DNA from: Candidatus Aldehydirespirator sp.
Lineage (GTDB): Bacteria > Actinomycetota > Acidimicrobiia > Acidimicrobiales > Aldehydirespiratoraceae
Direction: 5' to 3'
DNA: 64,000 nt
Assembly (NCBI GenBank): GCA_965221185.1
Contig: OZ244866.1
Span: forward strand, 2,469,838-2,533,837
Positions 55,761-64,000 of this stretch are shown here, one piece after another. Numbering within the stretch: position 1 is the first letter of the stretch; each line of letters starts with the position of its first letter. The notes under the pieces were generated by a model that saw only the letters and a program-made list of their open reading frames with translations, had not been told where the DNA came from and made no database searches. Position numbers and translations under genes: made by a program.

Positions 55761-56186
55761 GTGACCAGCCGCTGGATCGTCTTGGCCTGTGCGCTGTGCG
55801 CTGCGGTCGTGGTGGCGTCGGCGTGCTCGGGGACTAGGGCGCTCAGCTGCCCGGAGGGAACCGAGCGGTGGGTCGAATACCAGCTGTTCATGGGCCGAAG
55901 CGGCCCCGAGGGCGAGACCGTGGACGACGCCTCCTGGGACGCCTTCCTCGCGGAGGCGGTGACCCCCCGGTTCCCCGACGGGCTCACCGTGGTCGACGGA
56001 CGGGGCCAGTGGCGGGGCTCCGACGGCACCATCAAGCAGGAGCGTTCGAAGCTGCTGGTGATCCTCGCGCCCCCCGGAGGCGACGCCCGGCAACGACTGG
56101 ACGAGATATCTCAGGAGTACAGGCTCCGGTTCAGCCAGGAGGCAGTGCTCCAAACGGCTACCGAGACCTGCGCAGCCTTCCTGTAG
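55761..56186 (+). CDS. DUF3574-like lipoprotein
   Basis: Signal/lipobox (VVVASACSG). Core YQLFMGRSGPEGETVDDASWDAFLAEAVTPRFPDGLTVVDGRGQW. Confidence 0.65.
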   Translation: MTSRWIVLACALCAAVVVASACSGTRALSCPEGTERWVEYQLFMGRSGPEGETVDDASWDAFLAEAVTPRFPDGLTVVDGRGQWRGSDGTIKQERSKLLVILAPPGGDARQRLDEISQEYRLRFSQEAVLQTATETCAAFL

Positions 56187-56195
56187 CGTGGGTTC

Positions 56196-56393
56196 GTGCC
56201 GTCGAACACGACCAGAACACTGAGCCCACTGATCGCGGCGGGCATCTTCATCGCACTCTTCGTGCTGCTGACCCTGACCGGTGCGACCCTGGGTGGTGTC
56301 GGGCAATACGAGCTATTGGTCATCGCCTTGATCTCGCTCGGAGGCGCGTATCTCGCTTATCGAAGGCTCGTAAGGTCCACCGACACCGAGTAG
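56196..56393 (+). CDS. small two-TM membrane protein
   Basis: 65 aa from a GTG start, with two hydrophobic helices. It is the last gene of the plus-strand operon. Confidence 0.45.
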   Translation: MPSNTTRTLSPLIAAGIFIALFVLLTLTGATLGGVGQYELLVIALISLGGAYLAYRRLVRSTDTE

Positions 56394-56452
56394 CGGGCGG
56401 CCACGACTCGGGGCTCGCTTGAGCACGGCGCTCTTGTGAAACCCCCTGCGCA

Positions 56453-57409
56453 TCAGTTGTCATCGGCCGGAGTCTCGAGGCGGGCGGCTCGGACGACGAT
56501 GTGCTCGCACAGCGCCCGGACCTCGGAGGGGTCGTCGGTGTGCTGGGAGGGCTTCACGCAGAGCGTGGTGAACCCGGCTGCGATCTGGTCCTCGAAGTCG
56601 GCCATGGCCTCGTCGATGTCGGCGGTGTCGTCGGCGCCGGCGAAGACCGCCCGAGTGCCGCCCACCATCTCGATCCCGTCTGGGTCGCGGCCCACGGCGG
56701 CCAACCCGGCCCGAAGCGCCGCCAGATCCTCAGCGCTGGCTGCGCCGAAGGGATGGAAGCCGTCCCCGTAGGACACCAACCGGCTGAGCAGCGCCGGGTG
56801 CATCGACTGGCCGCCGAACCACATCCTGGGACGGGCCGGATCGGTCCGCCACGGCTTGGGCACGCAGTAGACGTCGTCGAAGGCGAAGCGAGGGCCGGGG
56901 TGCGAGGCCGGGGTGTGCTCCCACAGCGCGGCCATGGCCGCGAGCTGCTCGTCGAGGATGTCACCCCGCTCGGCGAAGGGCACGCCGAGGGCGTGGTACT
57001 CCTCGCGGTGCCAAGAAACTGTGGGCTGCACCACCAGCCGGCCCTCGCTCAGCCGGTCCAGGGTGGCCAGCTCCTTGGCCAGTAGCACCGGATGGCGCAG
57101 CGGGGCGATCACCGCACCCATCACCAGCCGCACTCGCCGGGTTGCCGCGGCCACCGCGGCCAGCAGCACATTGGAGCTGGGCCAGGACGTGGCCGGGTCC
57201 TGGTTGCCCGGAGCGGCGTAGGCGCGGGGGTTGACGGGTCGGCCCAGGGCTCCGGCCGAGGGGCCGAGGACGACATGCTCGCTGGCCATCACCGCGTCGA
57301 ACCCTGCCGCCTCGGCGTCCGTGGCCAGGCGCACCAAGCCGACCAGGTCGTCGGGGTCGACCAGGGTGTGGTTCTCGGTGAGGATCAGCAGCAGCCGGGG
57401 TGGAGCCAT
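56453..57409 (-). CDS. LLM-class F420/flavin-dependent oxidoreductase (paralogue of 42534..43469)
   Basis: ATG 57409, 10 nt after the GS-like stop. Collinear with the 42.5-kb paralogue (LILTENHT, RLVVQPTVSW, MWFGG). Confidence 0.85.
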   Translation of the reverse strand: MAPPRLLLILTENHTLVDPDDLVGLVRLATDAEAAGFDAVMASEHVVLGPSAGALGRPVNPRAYAAPGNQDPATSWPSSNVLLAAVAAATRRVRLVMGAVIAPLRHPVLLAKELATLDRLSEGRLVVQPTVSWHREEYHALGVPFAERGDILDEQLAAMAALWEHTPASHPGPRFAFDDVYCVPKPWRTDPARPRMWFGGQSMHPALLSRLVSYGDGFHPFGAASAEDLAALRAGLAAVGRDPDGIEMVGGTRAVFAGADDTADIDEAMADFEDQIAAGFTTLCVKPSQHTDDPSEVRALCEHIVVRAARLETPADDN

Positions 57410-57419
57410 CAAGAGCCGC

Positions 57420-58778
57420 TCAGTGGTAGGGCAGGTACTGCTTGAACTCCCATTCGGACACGGGCTCGCTGCCGGTGATCGCGTCCCAATCACCGACGAC
57501 CCCGTCGCCCGCCTGATCCGTGTAGCGGTCCCACTCGGCGCGCTTGTTGAACACGAAGTTGGCGCACAGCTCCGAGCCGAGCGCCTCGCAGAGGGCCTCG
57601 TCGGCTTCCATGTCGTCGAGGGCCGCACTCAGGCTGTGGGCGCAGTGGACGTCGGTGTCGACCTCGTCGAAGCCGTCGGTGGTCATGGGATCGGGGCATT
57701 CCAGCCCGCCGACGACGCCGAGGCGGGCCGCCTGCAGCACGGTGGCTACCAGGGTGTGGACATTGGCGGCCCCGTCGCCGATGCGGCTCTCCACGCGCAT
57801 GTGAGATCCGGGGCCCCGGGGCACCCGGTTGCCTGCGCAGCGGTGCTCCACGCCCCAGTTGGCCCAGTACCCGTTGAGCTCGCCGTGACGCAGGCGCCGG
57901 TAGGCGTTGACGGTGGGCGCAGCCAGCGCCGTCATCCCCACGTGGTGGTTGACAAGGCCCGCCATGGCGCCCCGGGCCAGGTCCGACATGCCGTGGGCGC
58001 CGCCCGCGTCCGAGAAGGCGTTCTGACCCTGCGCGTTGGCCAGCGAGAGGTTCACATGCACACCGCTGCCGGAGATGCCGGGGAAGGGCTTGCCCAGGAA
58101 GGTGAGGTCCAGGCCGAGGGGCCGGCCGGAGCGGTCGGTCGCGGTCAGCACCGTCTCGCGGGCCAGCAGCCGGAACAGGAACGCATCGTCGGCGGCCCGC
58201 ATGGCGTCGCCGTACTCGAGGGTGAGCTCGAACTGGCCCTCGTCGTACTCGGCGTTGACCGACTCCATGGCCATGCCCGAGGCCTCCGCCCGGCGCACCA
58301 CCGAGGTGATCACTCCGGCGGGATCGGTCGCCACGCCGGTGCCGTAGACCATCGCGCCGGGCGTCTCGTAGGGCCGGGGGTTCTTCAGGCCGCCGCTGAA
58401 CACGTAGGCCTCGAGCTCGATGCCGACCTTGGGGGTGTAGCCGAGGGCCTCCCAGTCGGCCACCGCCCGGCGCAGCGCCTCGCGAGGCGACACCGGCAGG
58501 GCCTCCCCGTGCATCGACAGGTCGCCGATGACGACACCGGTGGCGTCGTCATCCCAGCCCTGGCGGATGTCGCCGGTGTCGAAGCTGATCTGCGTGTCGG
58601 GCAGGCCGTCGAGCAGGTAGGCGCCGGGCGCGGGAACCATGCTGCGGTCATAGCCGAGCGCGAACACGCATACGCAGTGGCTGGTGCCCTTGTGGGCCAG
58701 CCGGGACGGCAGGTACTTGCCCCGGGCCAGCCCGAGGTGGTCGGGCCAGAGCACCCGGACGCGGTCCCAGTCGGTCAT
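57420..58778 (-). CDS. glutamine synthetase-like gamma-glutamyl ligase (GlnA family)
   Basis: ATG 58778 with GGGAGA upstream. GS catalytic motifs (NAEYDEGQFELTL, GSGVHVNLSL, NRVPRGPG...RVESR). The 46 upstream codons of the track ORF cover the repeat element. Confidence 0.85.
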   Translation of the reverse strand: MTDWDRVRVLWPDHLGLARGKYLPSRLAHKGTSHCVCVFALGYDRSMVPAPGAYLLDGLPDTQISFDTGDIRQGWDDDATGVVIGDLSMHGEALPVSPREALRRAVADWEALGYTPKVGIELEAYVFSGGLKNPRPYETPGAMVYGTGVATDPAGVITSVVRRAEASGMAMESVNAEYDEGQFELTLEYGDAMRAADDAFLFRLLARETVLTATDRSGRPLGLDLTFLGKPFPGISGSGVHVNLSLANAQGQNAFSDAGGAHGMSDLARGAMAGLVNHHVGMTALAAPTVNAYRRLRHGELNGYWANWGVEHRCAGNRVPRGPGSHMRVESRIGDGAANVHTLVATVLQAARLGVVGGLECPDPMTTDGFDEVDTDVHCAHSLSAALDDMEADEALCEALGSELCANFVFNKRAEWDRYTDQAGDGVVGDWDAITGSEPVSEWEFKQYLPYH

Positions 58779-58892
58779 GGCATCTCCCGAAATCGAGTTG
58801 GAACGCTGAACGTTTGGCCCCAAACGGTAGCCCGCACCGCGGTCGGGGTCACACTGGCCGCGCCGCCCAGCCGGCGACGGCTCTCCGTGCTG

Positions 58893-58942
58893 CCCGCTCT
58901 TGTTCGCTGCGCTCACGGGCCGCTCGGGCCACGGCCTCGCTC
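58893..58942 (-). repeat. copy B of the perfect 50-bp inverted repeat
   Basis: Reverse complement of 54041-54090. It lies 115-164 nt upstream of the GS-like start and overlaps the last codons of the acyl-CoA dehydrogenase ORF. Confidence 0.95.
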
Positions 58943-60193
58943 AGCGCCCCGCGAAGTCCATGTGGATCGCGTCCATCCGCTCGGCCTCTCGGGTGCTTCG
59001 TCCTGTTCGGGATAGAGACCGGTGCGGCCCAGGCGTTCAAGGCAGACCTCGACGCTCCAGGGCAGCATGGCCACGCCGCAGCGGGCGTCGCGATAGGCCT
59101 GCTCCAGGTAGGAGGGGCGCAGCATGCTGCGGCCCCCGCACACCTGCAGAGCCAGCGACGCCACCGCGGGGGCGCCCTCCATTACCGTGACCACCGACGA
59201 CCAGGCCCGCCGCACCTGCTCGGCACTGGGATCGATCCCGCACTCGTCCAGCACCCGGTAGGTGAGCGACTGGGCCCGATCGTACATCAGGTTCATCTGG
59301 GCCCAGCCCTGCTGCTTGATCGGGTGGTCGCGCCGGGCCGGGCCCCCGCCGCCGTCGCCTCGCAGGTAGGCGGCGGTGGCGTCGAGTATCCCCCGCATGA
59401 GGCCCAGGTAGGCGAACGACAACGTCATGTAGAAGTAGGGCCAACGGGCCGCAGCCTGGTCGAAGGCGCCCGGCGGCAGCCACTCGTTCTCGGCGGGCAC
59501 CAGGGCGTTGTCGAGCACCAGAGTGCGAGAGTCGGTGCCCCTCATGCCGAGGGGATCCCACTCCCCTTCGATGGTCGCGCCGGTCGCGTCGGAGGGCACG
59601 CCCATGAAGCGGATCCGCTCATCGCCGGGCACCAGGCAGACCACGTTGTGGATGTTCGCCGCTCCCGACAGGGAGGCGAAGATCTTGCGTCCCGTCACCC
59701 GGTAGCCGCCGCTGGCGCCCTCGACGGGCACGGCCCGGGTGGAGTAGCCGGCGGTGGCGCCTGCGGCCACTCCTTCAGAGAAGGGCTGGCTGTGGATCGT
59801 GCCGTTCTCGACGATGCCGCGACGCAGCTCGGCGCGCCGCTCCACCAGCAGGGACCGCTCGGCCGTGGTGAGATCCAGATCGTCAGCGATCTGGCCCACG
59901 AGGATGGTGGTGGCGGTGTGCATGTTGAACGTGAGCGCGGTGGTGGCGCAGTGGCGGCCCAGCTCCTCGGCCACCAGGGCGTAGCCCACGAAGTCGCCGC
60001 CGAGCCCGCCGTCGCCGGTGGGGATGCACAGCCCGAGCAGGCCGGCGTCGCGCAGGTCGGCCCAGTTCTGGGTAGGGAACGTGGCGTCGCGGTCGTGGGC
60101 CTCAGCCCGCTGCGCGAAGCGCGGCCCGAGGGCCGCCATGCGCTGCACGAGCCCGGCCCGCTCCGGGGTGAGTATGTCTGCTGCTACTCCCAC
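58913..60193 (-). CDS. acyl-CoA dehydrogenase-fold flavoprotein
   Basis: 426 aa from GTG 60193 with an ACAD-type three-domain pattern. The last roughly 32 aa (PERPSGWTRSTWTSRGAERGRGPSGP) come from read-through into the repeat module. Confidence 0.8.
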   Translation of the reverse strand: MGVAADILTPERAGLVQRMAALGPRFAQRAEAHDRDATFPTQNWADLRDAGLLGLCIPTGDGGLGGDFVGYALVAEELGRHCATTALTFNMHTATTILVGQIADDLDLTTAERSLLVERRAELRRGIVENGTIHSQPFSEGVAAGATAGYSTRAVPVEGASGGYRVTGRKIFASLSGAANIHNVVCLVPGDERIRFMGVPSDATGATIEGEWDPLGMRGTDSRTLVLDNALVPAENEWLPPGAFDQAAARWPYFYMTLSFAYLGLMRGILDATAAYLRGDGGGGPARRDHPIKQQGWAQMNLMYDRAQSLTYRVLDECGIDPSAEQVRRAWSSVVTVMEGAPAVASLALQVCGGRSMLRPSYLEQAYRDARCGVAMLPWSVEVCLERLGRTGLYPEQDEAPERPSGWTRSTWTSRGAERGRGPSGP

Positions 60194-60204
60194 GCGCCGA
60201 TCAT

Positions 60205-61101
60205 CTACTCACCAAAGTCGTCGATTGCACCATTCTGTTGCCCGAAGTAGCCGGGATCCGCCCATCTCGGGGCGGAGGTGCCGAACTCCTGGCGGCGACC
60301 GAGGAAGTCGCGCACCCGGCGGTTGAAGGTATGCGGAGCCTCCGAGACGCCGAGATGGCCCACACCGTCGAGCACTACCAACTCGGCTCGCGGCAATCCG
60401 TCGGCGAGGATACGGGAGTAAGCCACCGGAGTCTCGGCGTCGCACTCTCCCGCTACTACGAGCGCGGGCGAGGCGATCTCGCCCAGCCGATCGCGCAGGT
60501 CGTGGGTCGGGAGGCACTCGATGGCAGCCCGCAGACCCGCCACCGGTATGCGAGCAAAGCCGGCAATCCGCATGGCAAGCAGATCGGGGCTGAGATCGGG
60601 ACCGGCGATCGCAGTCAGGACGTCCGCCGCGATGTCGCCTGGGGTCAGGCCCGCGTCGAGCGGGGCTAGACGGGCGGCGCTCCAATCGGAGGGGTCGGTG
60701 CCGTCGAGGCCGAACGCAGGGCTCGTGTTGGCCACCACAAGCCGGCCGATCCGGTCGGGATGGCGCAGTGCGGTGTGCAGCGCATGCATCCCGCCGAAGG
60801 ACTCTCCCACCAGATGAGCCCGCTGCACGCCGACGGCGTCGAGCAGCCGGGCCACCGAATCGGCGATGGCGGCGAAGGTCAGAGGCTCCATGGGGGCCGA
60901 GACTCCGTAGCCGGGCATGTCCCAGGCGATGCACCGGAATGCGCCGCTCAGACCAGCAAGTTGCGGCTCCCATGAAGTACGCGAGCCGCCGAGCCCGTGA
61001 AGGAACACAATCGGCGCACCGCGGCCCTGCTCGCGCCAAGCCAGCGGCCCGTCCACATCCACGGCACCAGCCGCGGCTTGGGGAGCGAACAGAGCGGACA
61101 C
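60205..61101 (-). CDS. alpha/beta hydrolase
   Basis: Oxyanion region FLHGLGG and nucleophile elbow GESFGG. The start is GTG 61101, or 61116/61140. Confidence 0.8.
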   Translation of the reverse strand: MSALFAPQAAAGAVDVDGPLAWREQGRGAPIVFLHGLGGSRTSWEPQLAGLSGAFRCIAWDMPGYGVSAPMEPLTFAAIADSVARLLDAVGVQRAHLVGESFGGMHALHTALRHPDRIGRLVVANTSPAFGLDGTDPSDWSAARLAPLDAGLTPGDIAADVLTAIAGPDLSPDLLAMRIAGFARIPVAGLRAAIECLPTHDLRDRLGEIASPALVVAGECDAETPVAYSRILADGLPRAELVVLDGVGHLGVSEAPHTFNRRVRDFLGRRQEFGTSAPRWADPGYFGQQNGAIDDFGE

Positions 61102-61124
61102 GGTCGGAACATACACTCTTGGCC

Positions 61125-61832
61125 GTGACGAGAACACCACTGATCGGCATTTCGGGACGCACGAGGAAAGCTGGCGAACTCGGTCTCAAGCCAGCATCGA
61201 TGGGGGGCTCGGAGATCGACCTGTTCTTCGGCGACTACGCCCGAGGTGTGCTGGCCGCCGGCGGCCTGCCGATATTCCTTCCCACCTGTACCGACCCGGC
61301 CGACTATGCCGAGCGACTGGACGGGGTGCTGTTGACCGGCGGCACCGACGTCGACCCGGCCCGGTACGGCCAGGAGCCGTGTGCCGAACTGATCACGCCC
61401 GAGCCGGGCCGCGACGCGTTCGAGATCGGCCTGCTCGATGGTGCGGCCAAGGCCGGATTGCCCGTGTTGGGGATCTGTCGCGGCCTCCAAGTGCTCAATG
61501 TGCACGGCGGGGGCACGCTTCACCAGCACGTTGCCCCTCATGCCTGTCAGGCCCAGCCCCCGAACGCCGTCGCCCACCGAGTCGATCTCGCCGAGGGCTC
61601 GCTGGCGGCGTCGCTCTACGGCCCTTCGGTAGAGGTCAACTCGCTGCACCACCAGACGGTCGACGCCATCGCCGACGGCTTCTTGGCGACCGGCCACAGC
61701 GACGACGGCGCCATCGAGGCGATCGAGTCGCCTTACCGGCCGTGGCTGGGGGTCCAGTGGCATCCCGAGATGATGGACTCCCGCGACCACGACCCCGTAT
61801 TCGACTGGCTGGTCCAGGCTGCCTCGGCCTGA
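61125..61832 (+). CDS. gamma-glutamyl hydrolase-type class I amidotransferase (peptidase C26, PuuD-like)
   Basis: GTG 61125 gives VTRTPLIGISG.... Nucleophile GICRGLQVLNV and His region GVQWHPE. Confidence 0.85.
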   Translation: MTRTPLIGISGRTRKAGELGLKPASMGGSEIDLFFGDYARGVLAAGGLPIFLPTCTDPADYAERLDGVLLTGGTDVDPARYGQEPCAELITPEPGRDAFEIGLLDGAAKAGLPVLGICRGLQVLNVHGGGTLHQHVAPHACQAQPPNAVAHRVDLAEGSLAASLYGPSVEVNSLHHQTVDAIADGFLATGHSDDGAIEAIESPYRPWLGVQWHPEMMDSRDHDPVFDWLVQAASA

Positions 61833-61853
61833 TCCAGTCTCAGATGTCCTCCG

Positions 61854-63233
61854 TCAGGAGGCGGTGCGCTCCACGTGGCCGCCGTATCCGACGGTGCCTG
61901 AGACTCCGGCCGCGGAGCCGAGACGGTGCAGCGGCACGGTGTTGTACGACGGCGATGGCGTGTAGGCCACCGGCAGGCGCTTCACCCCGCCGATGAAGTT
62001 GGACCGCAGATAGTCGGGCTCGCCGTCGAGATGGATGTCGGGCATCCGCCGGGCGATCTCCCGGAAGGTCAGGCGGATCTCCATCTTGGCCAGACTCGTG
62101 CCCAGGCAGTAGTGCGGGCCGCCGCCGCCGAAGCCGACGTGGTCGTTGGGGGTGCGCTCGATGTCGAAGCGCCACGGGTCCTCGAAGGCGCGCGGGTCGC
62201 GGTTGGCGGCCACGTGCCACATGAGCACCTTGTCGCCCGCGGCGATCTTGACCCCGCCGATCTCGTAGTCGGACAGGGCCTGGCGGCGGAAGTACATGAC
62301 CGGGGTGGCCCATCGCACGATCTCCTCCACCGCGGTCTCCATGTGCCGGTCGGGGTCGGCGGTGAACTTCTCCCACTGGTCACCGAAGTCGAAGAAGGCC
62401 ATCATCCCCCGGGTGATCGAGTTGCGGGTGGTCTCGTTGCCGGCCACGCACAGGATCAGGAAGAACATGTCGAACTCGAGCTCGGTGAGGGCCTCGCCGT
62501 CGATGTCGGCCGACAGCAGCGTGGTGACGATGTCGTCGGCGGGCGTGCTGCGGCGCTCCGTCTGGAGCTGGTGGGAGTAGCCGAACAGTTCGGCCGCGGC
62601 CTGGAGGATGTCGTCGCGGCTCTTGACGAACTCGGGGTCCTCGCTGCCGATCATGGCGTTGGTCCAGTCGAACACCTTGGCGCGGTCCTCGATGGGTATG
62701 CCCATCATCTCGGCGATTGCCTGCAGGGGCAGCTCTGCCGAGATGCTGCGCACGAAGTCGCAGCGGCCCTTGTCCACCACCTCGTCGAGGATGATGTCGA
62801 TGCGGTTCTGGAGGTAGTCCTCGAGCAGGCCGATCATTCGGGGGGTGAAGCCCCGGTTGACAAGCTTGCGATAGCGGGTGTGGCGGGGCGGGTCCATATC
62901 GATCAGCGTCAGGTCGCTCGCGATGCCCGATATCCCCTCTCTCTGACCGGGATCGCGCATCTGCGTGCCGCTGTGGCCGGACGAGAACACATCAGCCCGT
63001 CGGTTCACCTCCTTGAGGTGGGCCTGGCGGGTGATGGCCCAGTAGCCGGAACCCTCGTCCCCCTCGTCCACCCAGTGGATGCCGGGGTCGGTCTCTCGCA
63101 GCCGCGCCAGCGCGTCGTGGTGCTCCTGGCGCTGGAACATGTCGAAGTCCCACGTGTCCACGCCGGAGGCGGGGCATCGCCCGGCTCCGTGGTCGACGGG
63201 ACAGCCTGTCAGCTGCTCATCAGTGATCGCCAT
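61854..63233 (-). CDS. cytochrome P450
   Basis: ATG 63233. EXXR motif (VEEIVR) and heme loop FGGGGPHYCLGTSLA. Confidence 0.9.
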   Translation of the reverse strand: MAITDEQLTGCPVDHGAGRCPASGVDTWDFDMFQRQEHHDALARLRETDPGIHWVDEGDEGSGYWAITRQAHLKEVNRRADVFSSGHSGTQMRDPGQREGISGIASDLTLIDMDPPRHTRYRKLVNRGFTPRMIGLLEDYLQNRIDIILDEVVDKGRCDFVRSISAELPLQAIAEMMGIPIEDRAKVFDWTNAMIGSEDPEFVKSRDDILQAAAELFGYSHQLQTERRSTPADDIVTTLLSADIDGEALTELEFDMFFLILCVAGNETTRNSITRGMMAFFDFGDQWEKFTADPDRHMETAVEEIVRWATPVMYFRRQALSDYEIGGVKIAAGDKVLMWHVAANRDPRAFEDPWRFDIERTPNDHVGFGGGGPHYCLGTSLAKMEIRLTFREIARRMPDIHLDGEPDYLRSNFIGGVKRLPVAYTPSPSYNTVPLHRLGSAAGVSGTVGYGGHVERTAS

Positions 63234-63307
63234 GCTCGCACCTCGCTGTCGGGGCTCTAGGTCTTGCACCAGCCGCGTGCCTCGGGACGGCCGGCGGCAC
63301 AATTTAC

Positions 63308-63335
63308 CTTCCTAGGAAGTTGTCTTCCTAGGAAG
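63308..63335. promoter_or_regulatory. two copies of the perfect palindrome CTTCCTAGGAAG (candidate tandem operators)
   Basis: Copies at 63308-63319 and 63324-63335, 16 bp start-to-start and 75-102 nt upstream of the P450 ATG. A TAAATT -10-like hexamer (minus strand, 63301-63306) is adjacent. Confidence 0.6.
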
Positions 63336-63387
63336 ATACCTCACAGAGCAGCCCTGCGCAACTCAACAGGACCAAGCCCCAGCGAGG

Positions 63388-64000
63388 TCAGCTGATGGTG
63401 CTGGTGGGAACCCCTGCCTGCACGACTGAAGCTTCCACCACCGGCACCTCGTGACGCTCGAGGGGACGCATCCGCTCCTTGCGGGCCAGGGCCTTCTCGA
63501 TATAGGGGGCCAACTCGTCAGCCTTGGCCGCCTCACGCTCTTCGCGGCCTGCCGAGAAGTGGCCCAGCACCTCTGATCCGAACAGGCGCAGGCTTGCGCA
63601 GATGTCTTCGTGGCGGTTCTTGCCGCCCTGCTGCAGGAATATCACATGGTCGATGCGTGCGTCCTCGGCCTCCTTGAGCCAGCGCACCGCGTCGGCAGGG
63701 GTGCCGATGGTGTCGGAGTAGTCGTCGCCCGCGTCCAGTGCGGCGGCCACCGCGTCCTGTTGCGCCGAGCCGCGCTGGACCTGGTAGCGGTCCCAGATGT
63801 TCGAGTGGCCCGGGATGGTGTGGTGCACCACCAGTTGGCGCAGGGCGTAGGCGAAGAAGTGGAACCCGTCGAAGCCCCTTCGGATGGCCTCGGCCCGGTC
63901 CTCGTGCAGCGAGAAGCCGGTGACCACCGCGATATTGGCGTTGACGCTGTGCCCCAGGGGCACGCACTCGTCGCTGCGGATGATGTCGTAGTACGCCTCG
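63388..64000 (-). CDS. LLM-class flavin-dependent oxidoreductase (5' end outside the window)
   Basis: The open frame continues to the window edge. The C-terminal half resembles luciferase-like monooxygenases (RIDHVIFLQQGG...). Confidence 0.6.
   Translation of the reverse strand, partial: EAYYDIIRSDECVPLGHSVNANIAVVTGFSLHEDRAEAIRRGFDGFHFFAYALRQLVVHHTIPGHSNIWDRYQVQRGSAQQDAVAAALDAGDDYSDTIGTPADAVRWLKEAEDARIDHVIFLQQGGKNRHEDICASLRLFGSEVLGHFSAGREEREAAKADELAPYIEKALARKERMRPLERHEVPVVEASVVQAGVPTSTIS

Noticed and set aside
63301-63340. KstR/KstR2 steroid-catabolism operators upstream of the second P450.
   Set aside because: The palindrome CTTCCTAGGAAG does not match the TnnAACnnGTTnnA (KstR) or AnCAAGnnCTTGnT (KstR2) patterns.

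Overview
This is a high-GC (roughly 70% by eye), densely coding segment typical of Actinomycetota chromosomes, with about 60 genes, no rRNA or tRNA genes and no CRISPR array. All calls rest on my own reading of the sequence and the ORF track, with no database searches. Many long Arg/Pro/Gly-rich track ORFs are off-frame or antisense artefacts.

Gene content, left to right:
- 1-4.5 kb: 3'-truncated FHA-domain EssC/EccC-like FtsK/SpoIIIE ATPase with an adjacent WXG100 gene.
- 4.7-9.2 kb: redox and CoA metabolism genes.
- 9.2-17.5 kb: decayed accessory/defence island. It holds an intact vapBC pair, a GmrSD-like DUF262/DUF1524 gene broken by an in-frame TAG, a second antitoxin whose PIN toxin is truncated by an IS21 remnant, a macro-domain gene, a DUF222/HNH gene, and two diverged thpR copies flanking an EamA transporter.
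- 17.6-27.2 kb: quaternary-amine module with an M24 hydrolase, a non-Pyl MttB-family methyltransferase and proVWX, where ProW is 885 aa.
- 28.9-37.4 kb: housekeeping genes ileS and nrdAB.
- 38-64 kb: catabolic accessory region with two Liv-type transporter sets (one degraded), MarR and LuxR regulators, three LLM oxidoreductases (a fourth lies at 5.5 kb), two P450s, an acetoacetate decarboxylase-family (ADC) gene, a LigB-type dioxygenase, a GS-like ligase and two glutamine-amidotransferase-type hydrolases.

Most notable non-genic signals:
- A perfect 50-bp inverted repeat sits in the leaders of two convergent operons and brackets a 4.9-kb cassette.
- A duplicated leaderless promoter/operator plus N-terminal coding module occurs at the LuxR and ADC loci.
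- A small ORF is built from six 11-residue repeats.
- A 2 x 60-bp tandem repeat lies upstream of the aldehyde dehydrogenase gene.
- Twin CTTCCTAGGAAG palindromes lie upstream of the second P450.
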